From Promethearchaeota archaeon (GTDB taxonomy: Archaea; Asgardarchaeota; Lokiarchaeia; Sigyniarchaeales; SOKP01), in the NCBI GenBank assembly GCA_016840085.1, contig JAEOTA010000027.1, positions 1 to 48,957 on the forward strand: 48,957 bases of DNA, in the 5' to 3' direction. The notes under the pieces were generated by a model. That model was given only the letters and a program-made list of their open reading frames with translations. It was not told where the DNA came from and ran no database searches. This document shows positions 17,988 through 27,347 of this stretch, in pieces (position 1 is the first letter of the stretch; the number at the start of each line of letters is the position of its first letter). The position numbers and the translations under genes were made by a program.

Positions 17988-20888
17988 ATGTCGAACGAAA
18001 TTAAGCGAACTTTTTCACATAAAATAGCCCTAGAAATATTAGAATTTTCATTCTTTTTTCTGGGATTGTTTTTAACATATTTAACAAGTTTATATAACTA
18101 TATCTTATTTCATACTATTGCTGAGCTATTTAGCATAATAATAGCAGGAGGGGTGTTTTTTGTTGGTTGGAACTCGCGTAAATATATGAAGAGCTCTTTC
18201 TTTTTAATTCTTGGAACATCGTCACTTTTTATTGGCATTTTGGACTTAGTTCACACATTAGTATATCCGGGTATGCAGATTTTTGCAGATTCTGATACGA
18301 ATCTTGCAGCATCTCTTTGGATTGCTGCTCGATATCTTCAAGCAGGCTCACTTTTAATTGCTTCATTTTTAATTAATAAGAATTTAAAAACAGAATATCT
18401 AATTATTATCTATTTCAGTTTAACGACTATTTTAATAATTATTATCTTTAATAATTTATTTCCAGTTTGTTTTATTGATGGAGATGGTTTAACACAATTT
18501 AAAATTATAAGCGAATATATTATTGATTTCATATTATTGGCATCTCTTATGATAATAATTAAAAAAAGAGCTGAATTTGATAAAAAAGTCTTCTTTTTAA
18601 TTATAAGTTCAATTATAGCAACAATGATATCAGAATTAGCATTTACATTTTATCATGAAGCTTATGGGTTCCCTAATTTAATTGGGCATGTCTTTAAAAT
18701 AATATCGTTCTATTTTTTGTACAAAGGTATTATTCAAATTGGTATAGAAAAACCATTTGATCTTTTATTAAGAAAAGTAAAAAGAAGTGAATTAGAACTA
18801 AAAAATATTATTACCCATTCTAATGCGATTATTATGATGCTAGATGAAAATGGAAAGTTTACTTTAGTAAATAAAAAAGCTGCATCTCTATTGGGTGGAA
18901 ATCCTGAAAGTTTTATCGGAAAATCAATTAAACACGTTTTTCCCCAAGACTTAGGTGCGGAATACTTAAACAGTACTCTTGAATTAATTAAAACTGGAAT
19001 AAATCGTTCATATCAGCGAACATTTGATCTACCAACTGGTCAGAAGACATATTGGATAACTGAACAACCAATAAAAGATGTTGATGGGAAAAATCCATCT
19101 CTCCTAAGTGTTGCTACAGACATTTCTGAGAAAATAAAATCAGATAAATTAATCCAAGAAGCTGAAGAACGCTATCATACAATTTTTGAACAATCTCCTG
19201 ATGGTATACTAGTCACAGATCTTGAAACTTTAAGAACAGTCGAATTTAATGATGTAGCATGTAAATTATTAGATTATACCCATGAAGAATTTGAAAAATT
19301 ACAAGTAAATGATTATTATGTTATGGAAACCTCTTCTGAGACAAGACGCTATTTTGAAAAGGTATTAAGAGATGGAAGTGATGATTTTGAGTCGAAATTT
19401 CGTACTAAAAGCGGAGAAATTAAGGATATTTATATAAGAGCGAAATTGATATCTTTATCTGGAAAAAAATATTTTCAATTAATATTTCGAGATATAACAG
19501 AGCAAAAGAAAATTGAAGAATTAAAAACGAGATTAGCCTCTATTGTAGAATCATCCGAGGATGCAATTATAGGTAAAAAATTAGATGGAACAATTATCAG
19601 CTGGAATAAAGCTGCTGAGAAAATTTATTATTATTCTGCTGAAGAAATGTTGGGAAAATCAATCAAGCTTTTGTCACCTCCTAACTATGGTAGTGAGATC
19701 ATTGAAATATTAACAAGAATTAAAAGTGGAGAAAAACTTGAAGGTTTTGAAACTGAAAGAATAAGGAAAGATGGATCAAAAGTTCATGTCTCTCTTACAG
19801 TTTCAGCAATAAAAGATGCAAATAATAAAATTATTGGAGCATCCACAATCGCTCGAGATATTACCGAGAAAAAGAAAGCTGAAGAAGAAATTCGAAGAAT
19901 GTCAAAGTTCCCTTCTGAAAACCCTAATCCAGTGCTCAGAGTAAATAATGAAAAAGTAATCTACATCAATAAAATAGGAGAATCTTTATTTAATATCAGT
20001 AATGGAAGTCCAAATCCAAAAGTGCTAGAAGATTCAGTCGAAGATGCTTTTACTAATAAAAAGATCCAAGAACTTGAAATAAAATTAGATAATCGGTTTT
20101 ATACTCTTGTCTTGACTCCTGTAGAAAATGAGAATTATGTTAATATTTATGGTATGGATATAACAGAGCGTAAAAAAGCTGAAGAAAGATTATCACAACT
20201 AATTTCTACAGTTTCACATGAATTAAGAACTCCGATTACTGTTCTACTAATGTCAATAGAATATCTTACTAAACATAAAAAGTTTCTCGAAGAAGATTTA
20301 GAAGCGAAGTTAATGGACGGTATCTCAAGAAATATCCAGTTGCTAAATCAATTATCAGAGGATATTTTATTAATTTCAAGGATGGACGAGAATCGACTAG
20401 AATTTGAATGGAAAGATTATAAACCTAAAGAGATTATCAAAGAAATCTTATATCTTATGGAACCTATGGGTAAGGAAAAGAAGATAAGTTTTCAAGTTGA
20501 GGTAGATGAAAATATTCACTTAAGAGGAGATACAAGGAGAATAGATCAAGTTTTTCGAATTATTATCAATAATGCTATTAAATATTCAAGAGAAAACTCA
20601 AAAGTGGAAATTCGAGCTATAAATAATTATAAAGGGAAATATAATGTAAATGAAAATCCAGGAGTTCTCTTTGAATTTAAAGATTACGGGCGTGGAATCC
20701 CAGAGGACGAATTACCCAAAATTTTTGAACGATTTTTTCGTTCTAGTAATGTAAATGAAATTCCTGGAACTGGTCTAGGATTAGCGATCGCTAAAGATTT
20801 AATCGAGGCTCATAATGGGAGTATTTATATAGAAAGTGAATTAGAGAAAGGTACTACCTTTTATTTATATTTACCCAAAATTGAATAA
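17988..20888 (+). CDS. Membrane sensor histidine kinase: MASE3 + about four PAS + HisKA + HATPase_c
   Basis: NYILFHTIAELFSI MASE3-type multi-TM N-terminus; PAS repeats ending DISE/DITE; H-box SHELRTP, N-box NNAIKYS, DYGRGI, GTGLGL. Confidence 0.93.
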   Translation: MSNEIKRTFSHKIALEILEFSFFFLGLFLTYLTSLYNYILFHTIAELFSIIIAGGVFFVGWNSRKYMKSSFFLILGTSSLFIGILDLVHTLVYPGMQIFADSDTNLAASLWIAARYLQAGSLLIASFLINKNLKTEYLIIIYFSLTTILIIIIFNNLFPVCFIDGDGLTQFKIISEYIIDFILLASLMIIIKKRAEFDKKVFFLIISSIIATMISELAFTFYHEAYGFPNLIGHVFKIISFYFLYKGIIQIGIEKPFDLLLRKVKRSELELKNIITHSNAIIMMLDENGKFTLVNKKAASLLGGNPESFIGKSIKHVFPQDLGAEYLNSTLELIKTGINRSYQRTFDLPTGQKTYWITEQPIKDVDGKNPSLLSVATDISEKIKSDKLIQEAEERYHTIFEQSPDGILVTDLETLRTVEFNDVACKLLDYTHEEFEKLQVNDYYVMETSSETRRYFEKVLRDGSDDFESKFRTKSGEIKDIYIRAKLISLSGKKYFQLIFRDITEQKKIEELKTRLASIVESSEDAIIGKKLDGTIISWNKAAEKIYYYSAEEMLGKSIKLLSPPNYGSEIIEILTRIKSGEKLEGFETERIRKDGSKVHVSLTVSAIKDANNKIIGASTIARDITEKKKAEEEIRRMSKFPSENPNPVLRVNNEKVIYINKIGESLFNISNGSPNPKVLEDSVEDAFTNKKIQELEIKLDNRFYTLVLTPVENENYVNIYGMDITERKKAEERLSQLISTVSHELRTPITVLLMSIEYLTKHKKFLEEDLEAKLMDGISRNIQLLNQLSEDILLISRMDENRLEFEWKDYKPKEIIKEILYLMEPMGKEKKISFQVEVDENIHLRGDTRRIDQVFRIIINNAIKYSRENSKVEIRAINNYKGKYNVNENPGVLFEFKDYGRGIPEDELPKIFERFFRSSNVNEIPGTGLGLAIAKDLIEAHNGSIYIESELEKGTTFYLYLPKIE

Positions 20889-20918
20889 AATAAAATATTT
20901 TAAATATAAAATGGATCA

Positions 20919-20940
20919 ATAATATTGATATCAATATTAT
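20919..20940. promoter_or_regulatory. Perfect 22-bp palindrome upstream of the response regulator
   Basis: ataatattgatatcaatattat equals its own reverse complement; ends 13 nt before ATG 20954. Confidence 0.5.
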
Positions 20941-20953
20941 AGTGAAATGATTA

Positions 20954-21865
20954 ATGTCAGATGCAAAACCATTACTTATGGTTGTTGATGATAATGAAGA
21001 TATTTTGTTTAATTTAAAAATATTGCTTAAAGAAAAAGGTTATAATATAAAAACTGCTACTAACGGCAAAAAAGCGATTAAAATTCTTAACACTCTTAAT
21101 GCAATTCCTGATGTGATAATTAGTGATATTATGATGCCAGGAATGGATGGTTACGATTTTTTTTCAGCTGTTTCTAATAATCCCCAATGGAATCGAATTC
21201 CATTTTTATTTCTGACTGCAAAATCTACCCCCGAAGATATTCGATTAGGTAAAATGCTGGGGGTTGATGACTACATCACAAAACCCTTTAAGAAAGAAGA
21301 TTTAATTGCATCAATTTCAGGAAAAATTGCTCGAAATCAAAAATTAAATCTTATTGATAAGGAAATTAAACAATTATTATCCTCTTTACATATTAGAATG
21401 CAACCTTCTATTCCTGATAAAGATCAACCAAAATTGTATTTACTGTTAGTGTATTGGGATGACGTTATAGGTCCAGTCTTAAAGAGATGTTTTCCCTCCG
21501 ATAAAAATTTTCCTATTTCAATAAGTGAAATAGGCAAGCAGTTATTCCATGCAGCAACTTCAATTTATGGGCATGATAAAATCACAAGAGCTCAAGGCTT
21601 TTTATTGAATATCGAAAACATTAATAAAAAAGGGTATGTATTTTTTGATTCATATCCCGCTGAAAATGAAAGATATGGAGAAAAACAATACATGTTATCT
21701 GCAATCTCTTCAAATTTAACTTATTTTGATTCTCTTAAAATTAGGCAAGTATTGAAAGAGATCTCAGAAAAAATTAAAGATAAAAAAGATTGGGAAATAC
21801 AGGAATACTGGGAAAAATTATTAGATATATTATCCAAAGACTCATTTTTATTACATACTCAATAA
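20954..21865 (+). CDS. Response regulator: REC domain fused to a C-terminal longin/uDENN-like domain
   Basis: REC: VVDD, phosphoacceptor D58 (SDIMMPGMDG), T88, K110 (ITKPF). Output domain starts LYLLLVYWDDVIGPVL, resembling the uDENN/longin beta1-beta2 motif. Confidence 0.88.
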   Translation: MSDAKPLLMVVDDNEDILFNLKILLKEKGYNIKTATNGKKAIKILNTLNAIPDVIISDIMMPGMDGYDFFSAVSNNPQWNRIPFLFLTAKSTPEDIRLGKMLGVDDYITKPFKKEDLIASISGKIARNQKLNLIDKEIKQLLSSLHIRMQPSIPDKDQPKLYLLLVYWDDVIGPVLKRCFPSDKNFPISISEIGKQLFHAATSIYGHDKITRAQGFLLNIENINKKGYVFFDSYPAENERYGEKQYMLSAISSNLTYFDSLKIRQVLKEISEKIKDKKDWEIQEYWEKLLDILSKDSFLLHTQ

Positions 21866-22050
21866 GACTCTGTATCTTTTAACAAAACTATAGAATTTTA
21901 TAAATTAAAAATGAATCTGCTTTTTAGTCTAGTAAATAAGTAAGAAAAATTTATTTCGTTAATAATCTATAAAAAGAACTTTTAAATCAGATATTTTGGA
22001 TGATGTTATTAAGAAATCATACTATAAATTTTGCTTATAAGGTGAAAAAT

Positions 22051-22365
22051 ATGTCTGAAGTAAAAGAAGAAGAAAAGTTTGTAAGATCCCCCGAAGTATG
22101 TTCTTGGGCTGATGACGAAGAAAATGTTTATAAAATTGAAATTCAACTGCCTGGAGTAGAGAAAGATTCGATTAAACTAAAAATGCATGACGATAGTTTT
22201 TTCATTAAAGGAGAAACCGAAGATACTATCTATATTGGTTCCTACGGTGTTTGTTGCCCGATAAAACCAGAAGAAGCAAAAGCAGTTTATAAAAATGGGC
22301 TACTGAAGATAGAAGTACCATTTAAAGAGCCCGAGTTTCATAGTATAGAGATAAACGTTGAATAA
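22051..22365 (+). CDS. Hsp20/alpha-crystallin family protein
   Basis: IEIQLPGVEKDSI and AVYKNGLLKIEVP; ATG 5 nt after AAGGTGA (ORF track start 22000). Confidence 0.9.
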   Translation: MSEVKEEEKFVRSPEVCSWADDEENVYKIEIQLPGVEKDSIKLKMHDDSFFIKGETEDTIYIGSYGVCCPIKPEEAKAVYKNGLLKIEVPFKEPEFHSIEINVE

Positions 22366-22524
22366 ATTAATTTTTTTTCTATTTCTATTTTAATTTTAAG
22401 AAAAATATTTTAATTATTTAAACTCTATTTTAATTCAAACGCATTTTTGATAGAAATAACTACATTTTATTTTAAATAATGAATTAATTGATCATTTTAT
22501 TTATTAGTTAGGAGTGAAAAGACT

Positions 22525-23055
22525 TTGAATTTTATTCACGTTGAAACTGATGAATATTATCCATTTCTGATTGAAATATTCTCAGAATATCTTGAATGGG
22601 TTTTATCAATGTGTGAAAAGGAGTTTAATGTCAGATATAACGTAAAAGAATTGGTTAAAGAAGCTGTTGAGAGATCGATAGAAGAAATAGATAAATATTT
22701 TCCTCCAGAAGGACGTCTAATTCTATGCACAGATGAAACTCGAATTGTTGCTACAGCTTCCATGAGAAAGATAGGAGATAATATTGGAGAGATTAAAAGG
22801 ATGTATGTTCAATCTTTATATAGAGGGAAGGGTATTGCTAGAGAGTTACTTGAAAGATTGATTAAAGAAGCACAATATATTGGATATTCAAAACTTATGT
22901 TAGACAGTGGTCCTTTCATGAAAGAAGCTCAAGGTTTTTATCACTCAGTTGGATTCACAGAGATTGATCCATATGCTGAGAGTGAGGTTTTTCAAGAAGG
23001 AATCCCTGAAGAAATTAGCCAAAATTGGATATTTATGGAAATGCTTTTAAAATAA
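22525..23055 (+). CDS. GNAT family N-acetyltransferase
   Basis: GEIKRMYV..YRGKGIA; LDS...EAQGFYHSVGF. Confidence 0.92.
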   Translation: MNFIHVETDEYYPFLIEIFSEYLEWVLSMCEKEFNVRYNVKELVKEAVERSIEEIDKYFPPEGRLILCTDETRIVATASMRKIGDNIGEIKRMYVQSLYRGKGIARELLERLIKEAQYIGYSKLMLDSGPFMKEAQGFYHSVGFTEIDPYAESEVFQEGIPEEISQNWIFMEMLLK

Positions 23056-23087
23056 GAACAAGATATATTTAGAAAGATAAATTCATA

Positions 23088-24017
23088 TCAATATTCTATA
23101 TTCATTTCCTTGACATAATCAAAAGCTGAATATGCTGCTATAACTCCTTCAGAAACTCCTGTTATTGCTTGCTTAAAAGGGGCATCAGCAACATCTCCAG
23201 CTGCAAAAATACCAGGAATGCTTGTTTCTGATTTACGATTAATTATAATTTCACCTTTATCATTTGTTTCAACACCAATACGTTTTGCTAAATCAGAATT
23301 AGGATCTGACCCAATTTCGATGAATACTCCGTCTACTTCAAATTCTTGTCCATTGTCAAAAATAACAGAGTTCACTGTATTATCACCCTTGATTTCGACA
23401 ATATTAGTATTATTAATTATTTCTATTTTGTCATTTTCATAAACCCTTTGCTTATTTATTGGTTCTGCTCGTATTTCTTTACCACGATAAATTATATAAA
23501 CCTTTTGAGTGTTTTGAGCTAAAAATAATGCTTCTTTAGCAGCAGAATCACTCCCACCAATGACACAAACAACCTTATCTTTATAAAATGGACCATCACA
23601 GGTAGCACAATAAGACACACCTCTACCAGCAAACTCTTCTTCACCAGAAACACCCAATTTTCTCCTTTCGGAACCTGTTGCTATACAAATAGAATAAGCT
23701 TTAAAATTTTGAAAAAAGGAATGTAATTCAAAGTGATCATCAATTTTATCAATAGTCCGTATCTCATCTGAAATGTATGGGATATTAAGTGAGTCCATAT
23801 GATCCTTAAACATATCCATTAAACCTTGACCACTTATTGATGTAATCGCAGGATAGTTCTCAACAATATGAGTCGTGGCAATTAAACCTCCAAATGTTTT
23901 ACCAATAACTAACACATCCATAGCAAATCTGGCTGCATAAATTGCACAGCCGATTGCAGTAGGTCCCCCTCCTAAAACGATAAGGTCAAAAGTTTTTTCT
24001 AAATCAATACCTTCCAT
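23088..24017 (-). CDS. trxB: Thioredoxin reductase
   Basis: GGGP FAD motif, ATGS, GRGVSYCATCDG, GIFAAGD; ATG 1 nt after the upstream gene's TGA. Confidence 0.95.
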   Translation of the reverse strand: MEGIDLEKTFDLIVLGGGPTAIGCAIYAARFAMDVLVIGKTFGGLIATTHIVENYPAITSISGQGLMDMFKDHMDSLNIPYISDEIRTIDKIDDHFELHSFFQNFKAYSICIATGSERRKLGVSGEEEFAGRGVSYCATCDGPFYKDKVVCVIGGSDSAAKEALFLAQNTQKVYIIYRGKEIRAEPINKQRVYENDKIEIINNTNIVEIKGDNTVNSVIFDNGQEFEVDGVFIEIGSDPNSDLAKRIGVETNDKGEIIINRKSETSIPGIFAAGDVADAPFKQAITGVSEGVIAAYSAFDYVKEMNIEY

Positions 24018-24018
24018 A

Positions 24019-24702
24019 TCAATATTGAACACGATTACTTCCCCCAATCAAGGCTCTTAATATCTCATTTGGTCCAACCATTCCAACTAAGGTCTTTTGA
24101 TCGTTTATAATAGTATAGGGAACGCCTGCAGCATCATAGTATCGAGCAATATCGGGATTTGCTAGAATATCAATAATTACTGTTCTAACTTTTCCCCTAG
24201 ATGCAATAGCAAAATCATTTGCTATCATACAAACTGTAGGACAGTAAGGGCAGGTTTCGGTTATCATGACCTTTATTGTGGAAGGTGGGATCCTGTCTAA
24301 GTTTTGCTTTATCGTTGCTTCATAATAATTGGGCGCTCCAGCAAAAGCAAATATTGCTTGGATGAAGGGTTGAATCTCACCGCCTTGTGGAGCAGCTAAA
24401 TATCGTATAAATTCTCTTCCTTGGTCATCTATGAATAAGAGGGTAGGTACTCTCGTAATATCATACTTTTTAGCCAATTCGGGGTTATCTTCAATACACA
24501 ATTCTTCGATTGTCAGCATTCTGTTTGAATTCTCTTCATAGATTCTTAATAATGCCATAAATTGATTACAATCCATGCACTCTCTTATCTGGCTTCCATT
24601 TGGTTGTTTTTCTTTACACGTGATCACCTTTAACTTAACAGGTTTTTTTAATTTAGCCATTTCTTTTTTGATTATTTCCTTATATCTATTTTCTTGAGAC
24701 AC
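24019..24702 (-). CDS. Protein disulfide oxidoreductase (PDO / AhpF-NTD-like, two Trx folds)
   Basis: N-terminal CMDC, C-terminal CPYC, RVP and GVP cis-Pro motifs. Confidence 0.88.
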   Translation of the reverse strand: MSQENRYKEIIKKEMAKLKKPVKLKVITCKEKQPNGSQIRECMDCNQFMALLRIYEENSNRMLTIEELCIEDNPELAKKYDITRVPTLLFIDDQGREFIRYLAAPQGGEIQPFIQAIFAFAGAPNYYEATIKQNLDRIPPSTIKVMITETCPYCPTVCMIANDFAIASRGKVRTVIIDILANPDIARYYDAAGVPYTIINDQKTLVGMVGPNEILRALIGGSNRVQY

Positions 24703-24725
24703 AGTCTTACATCACCCCATAATAA

Positions 24726-25430
24726 TTATGCATACATTCCTCCAAAATCTCGTTTTCCTTTCGTAAGTTTATCCAGCAAATCCTGAGAGGTAAACATTCC
24801 ATATATATGATCTTTCTCATTTATAACCGTGTAAGGAACTCCCTGAACTTGGTATTTCATTCCAATGTCTGGGTTTAAATTAACATCTATTACTTCTGCT
24901 GAAATCTTTCCTTTAGAAACTATTGCAAATAACGTTAAGACTGGCACGGTCTGTGGGCAGTAAGGACACGTAGGAGTTATAAAGATTTTCATTTTCGCCT
25001 TTTCTATCTTTTTGAGATGAGTAATGATTTGATCCGCATAATAAGGTCTTACTCCCGAAAAATATTGTATACTATTAAGAAAGGGTACAAATTCAGATCC
25101 AGTTGGATGTGCCAAATATCGAATGATTTCTCGACCATTTTCATCAACAAATAGTATAGCTGGAATTTTAGCAACATTAAATTTTTTAGCTTCTTCTTCA
25201 TTTTCTTCAGTAGAAATTTCTTCAATTATTAATTTTCCTTTGGATAAATCTTCTAGAGTTTTTAGTAACTCATAAGTTCCTTCACAAGCCATACATTTTC
25301 TTAATTTTGTCCCATCTACTTGTGTTTTAAAATCAGTGAATAGTTTAAGTATAACTTTCTCTTTTAATTTGCTCATTTCTCTTTTTATATTATCCATTTC
25401 ATTTTGTGAAAATAGCATAAAATCACCCAT
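24726..25430 (-). CDS. Protein disulfide oxidoreductase (PDO / AhpF-NTD-like), paralogue
   Basis: CMAC and TPTCPYCP; KIP and VQGVP. Confidence 0.88.
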   Translation of the reverse strand: MGDFMLFSQNEMDNIKREMSKLKEKVILKLFTDFKTQVDGTKLRKCMACEGTYELLKTLEDLSKGKLIIEEISTEENEEEAKKFNVAKIPAILFVDENGREIIRYLAHPTGSEFVPFLNSIQYFSGVRPYYADQIITHLKKIEKAKMKIFITPTCPYCPQTVPVLTLFAIVSKGKISAEVIDVNLNPDIGMKYQVQGVPYTVINEKDHIYGMFTSQDLLDKLTKGKRDFGGMYA

Positions 25431-25613
25431 ATTTGAATCTAATATGAATATTTGCTTTCATACTTAAAAGAATTTTTCGTTTAAATTATAAAAAAAACTA
25501 GTTTTCACTTGTGATTGGATAAAATATTCTAATATTGTTTAATAATTTGCAAAAAATTAAATTAATATAATTAACCTTAATTTCAGATAAATGCTTGCCT
25601 GAATTTGGATAAT

Positions 25614-26588
25614 TTATAATAAAAGTTCAAATAAATCTTTTGCTTTTGGTTGAATTTTGCACAGTTTACTATATCTCCTCAGAATCCACCAACAACTAAC
25701 GCAGTAAGTAGTACAATAATCTCCTTTAAAATCCTGCATCCTTTTGCGAGCAATTTTATCGATAACATCAGTACGCCCCATCCATCCTGTTCCACCACCA
25801 CAACACCAATGCGGTACATCTAAAACAGTATAACCGGATTGTTCCAAAATATTATTTACAAATTTTTCAACATCTTTTCTACTGCGATTCATAAGTTGGC
25901 ATAAATGCTGTATACTTACTGATCCTGATTTTTTAGTTTCTGATGGTTTTAAATAATCCGATACATATTTAATTTCAATATCTTTATTCATTTCTGGCTT
26001 ATAATACGTTTTATATAAATAATAACATGCAGGACAAAGGCAAATTATTCTTTTATAATTATTAAAAATCTCAATATTTTCTTTTTTACATATTTCAAAC
26101 TCTTTTTTTAAGCCACCTGCTAATAAATGCCAACCACAACAAATTTCTGTGTCTAATGTTGTGAAGTTAATCTTTTGTTTTAGGAGATATTGAAGCGCAT
26201 GCTCAGTATATTTCGGGATTCTAATTGTTGATAGGCAGCCCATAAAGAAAAGAGTATCAGATTTTTCTGGTATTTCTTTAGGTTTATTGATTCGCATTTT
26301 ATTAGTGGGATATGGTGTCCGATATTTTTCAAAATATTCGATCATTTCATCCTTTTCACTAAAAGTATTACCATCTTCGATAAACTTTTGTTTTAGCAGA
26401 AATCTTTCAGTTTCAGTTTCACATTCTCCACAATGAACACAATTGTAGAGTTTTTTATAAAATTCTTGAGTAAATCTACTACTCTCTTTATTTGTAATTA
26501 ATTCCTTAACTTCTTTATCAGTAAGGAAATTATCTGGATCAACTTCATCAGTAGGATAATTTTTTCTTCCTTTTATTCTTTCTTTCAT
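25614..26588 (-). CDS. Fe-S oxidoreductase with CCG domains (HdrD/GlpC-like)
   Basis: CVHCGEC; FMGC, ICCG, CPAC, HWCCGGG, YCVSC. Confidence 0.85.
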   Translation of the reverse strand: MKERIKGRKNYPTDEVDPDNFLTDKEVKELITNKESSRFTQEFYKKLYNCVHCGECETETERFLLKQKFIEDGNTFSEKDEMIEYFEKYRTPYPTNKMRINKPKEIPEKSDTLFFMGCLSTIRIPKYTEHALQYLLKQKINFTTLDTEICCGWHLLAGGLKKEFEICKKENIEIFNNYKRIICLCPACYYLYKTYYKPEMNKDIEIKYVSDYLKPSETKKSGSVSIQHLCQLMNRSRKDVEKFVNNILEQSGYTVLDVPHWCCGGGTGWMGRTDVIDKIARKRMQDFKGDYCTTYCVSCWWILRRYSKLCKIQPKAKDLFELLL

Positions 26589-26694
26589 AGTTAGGTCAAT
26601 CAAATAGAATTGATTTTATTTAGTAAAAGCATCCTTTCAGGTTTATATGTTTTAACTTTTTAATACTTACAGATAAAGAAAAAAAAGAGATAAT

Positions 26695-26850
26695 TTAGTC
26701 CTTTTTAAGTTTGACATTTGTTCTTTGAACCCCAACTTCCTTATTGCTTGGCATAGGAGTTCCACAGTGGTCTCTTAGCCTTTCATTTTCCTTAAAGGCG
26801 TGATCAAGTTCTTCTTCTAATTCCTCATCAGTCAATTCTTTGTCTGACAT
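26695..26850 (-). CDS. Small hypothetical protein (51 aa), not in the ORF track
   Basis: MSDKELTDEELEEELDHAFKENERLRDHCGTPMPSNKEVGVQRTNVKLKKD*; GC-richer than its flanks, followed by a T-run on the coding strand. Confidence 0.6.
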   Translation of the reverse strand: MSDKELTDEELEEELDHAFKENERLRDHCGTPMPSNKEVGVQRTNVKLKKD

Positions 26851-26969
26851 ATTTAACAAAGAGGAACAGCATTATTTAAAAATTAAGATTATGAAATATA
26901 CAAAGTCGATTATACAATTATTTTTAATACAAAAAAACAAGAAATAAAATGTTATAATTTAAAAAATTA

Positions 26970-27338
26970 CTATTTTTTAGATTTCAAATATTCAATAACA
27001 GCATTCTCTTTTTCAATTGGACGCCTTTCAGGAACATTTATATAATCTATACCTTTATCATAGAAATTAAGACTCATATAAAGATTACAATAACAAGCCC
27101 CAAATTCTTTTATATCTTCAGGTGCATAATCACAAGGACATATAAGATCTCTGTCTAAATCTCTTTTCCCACTCGCAAGCCTACATGGGCATGATTGATA
27201 ACCATAATTGTTCTTGTTATTTACTAATCCATCAATTAATTCATTGAGGGTTTGTCCATCCTTATTTAAAATCCAATTATTTTTTTCAGCAACTTGCTTT
27301 ACATATTTATTCATACCTTCAATTGTTTCCATTTCCAT
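26970..27338 (-). CDS. Ferredoxin:thioredoxin reductase catalytic subunit
   Basis: CPC...CPC...CYC triad (SCPCRL, ICPCDY, ACYCNLY). Confidence 0.93.
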   Translation of the reverse strand: MEMETIEGMNKYVKQVAEKNNWILNKDGQTLNELIDGLVNNKNNYGYQSCPCRLASGKRDLDRDLICPCDYAPEDIKEFGACYCNLYMSLNFYDKGIDYINVPERRPIEKENAVIEYLKSKK

Positions 27339-27347
27339 TAAATCACC

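Noticed and set aside
24018-24047. 29-nt overlap / N-terminal extension of trxB from TTG 24047
   Set aside because: An ATG at 24017 directly follows the upstream stop and gives a normal TrxR length
26628-26645. Small hairpin (CCT-GAA-AGG on the minus strand) as a possible SECIS or riboswitch
   Set aside because: The stem is too short and there is no associated in-frame TGA
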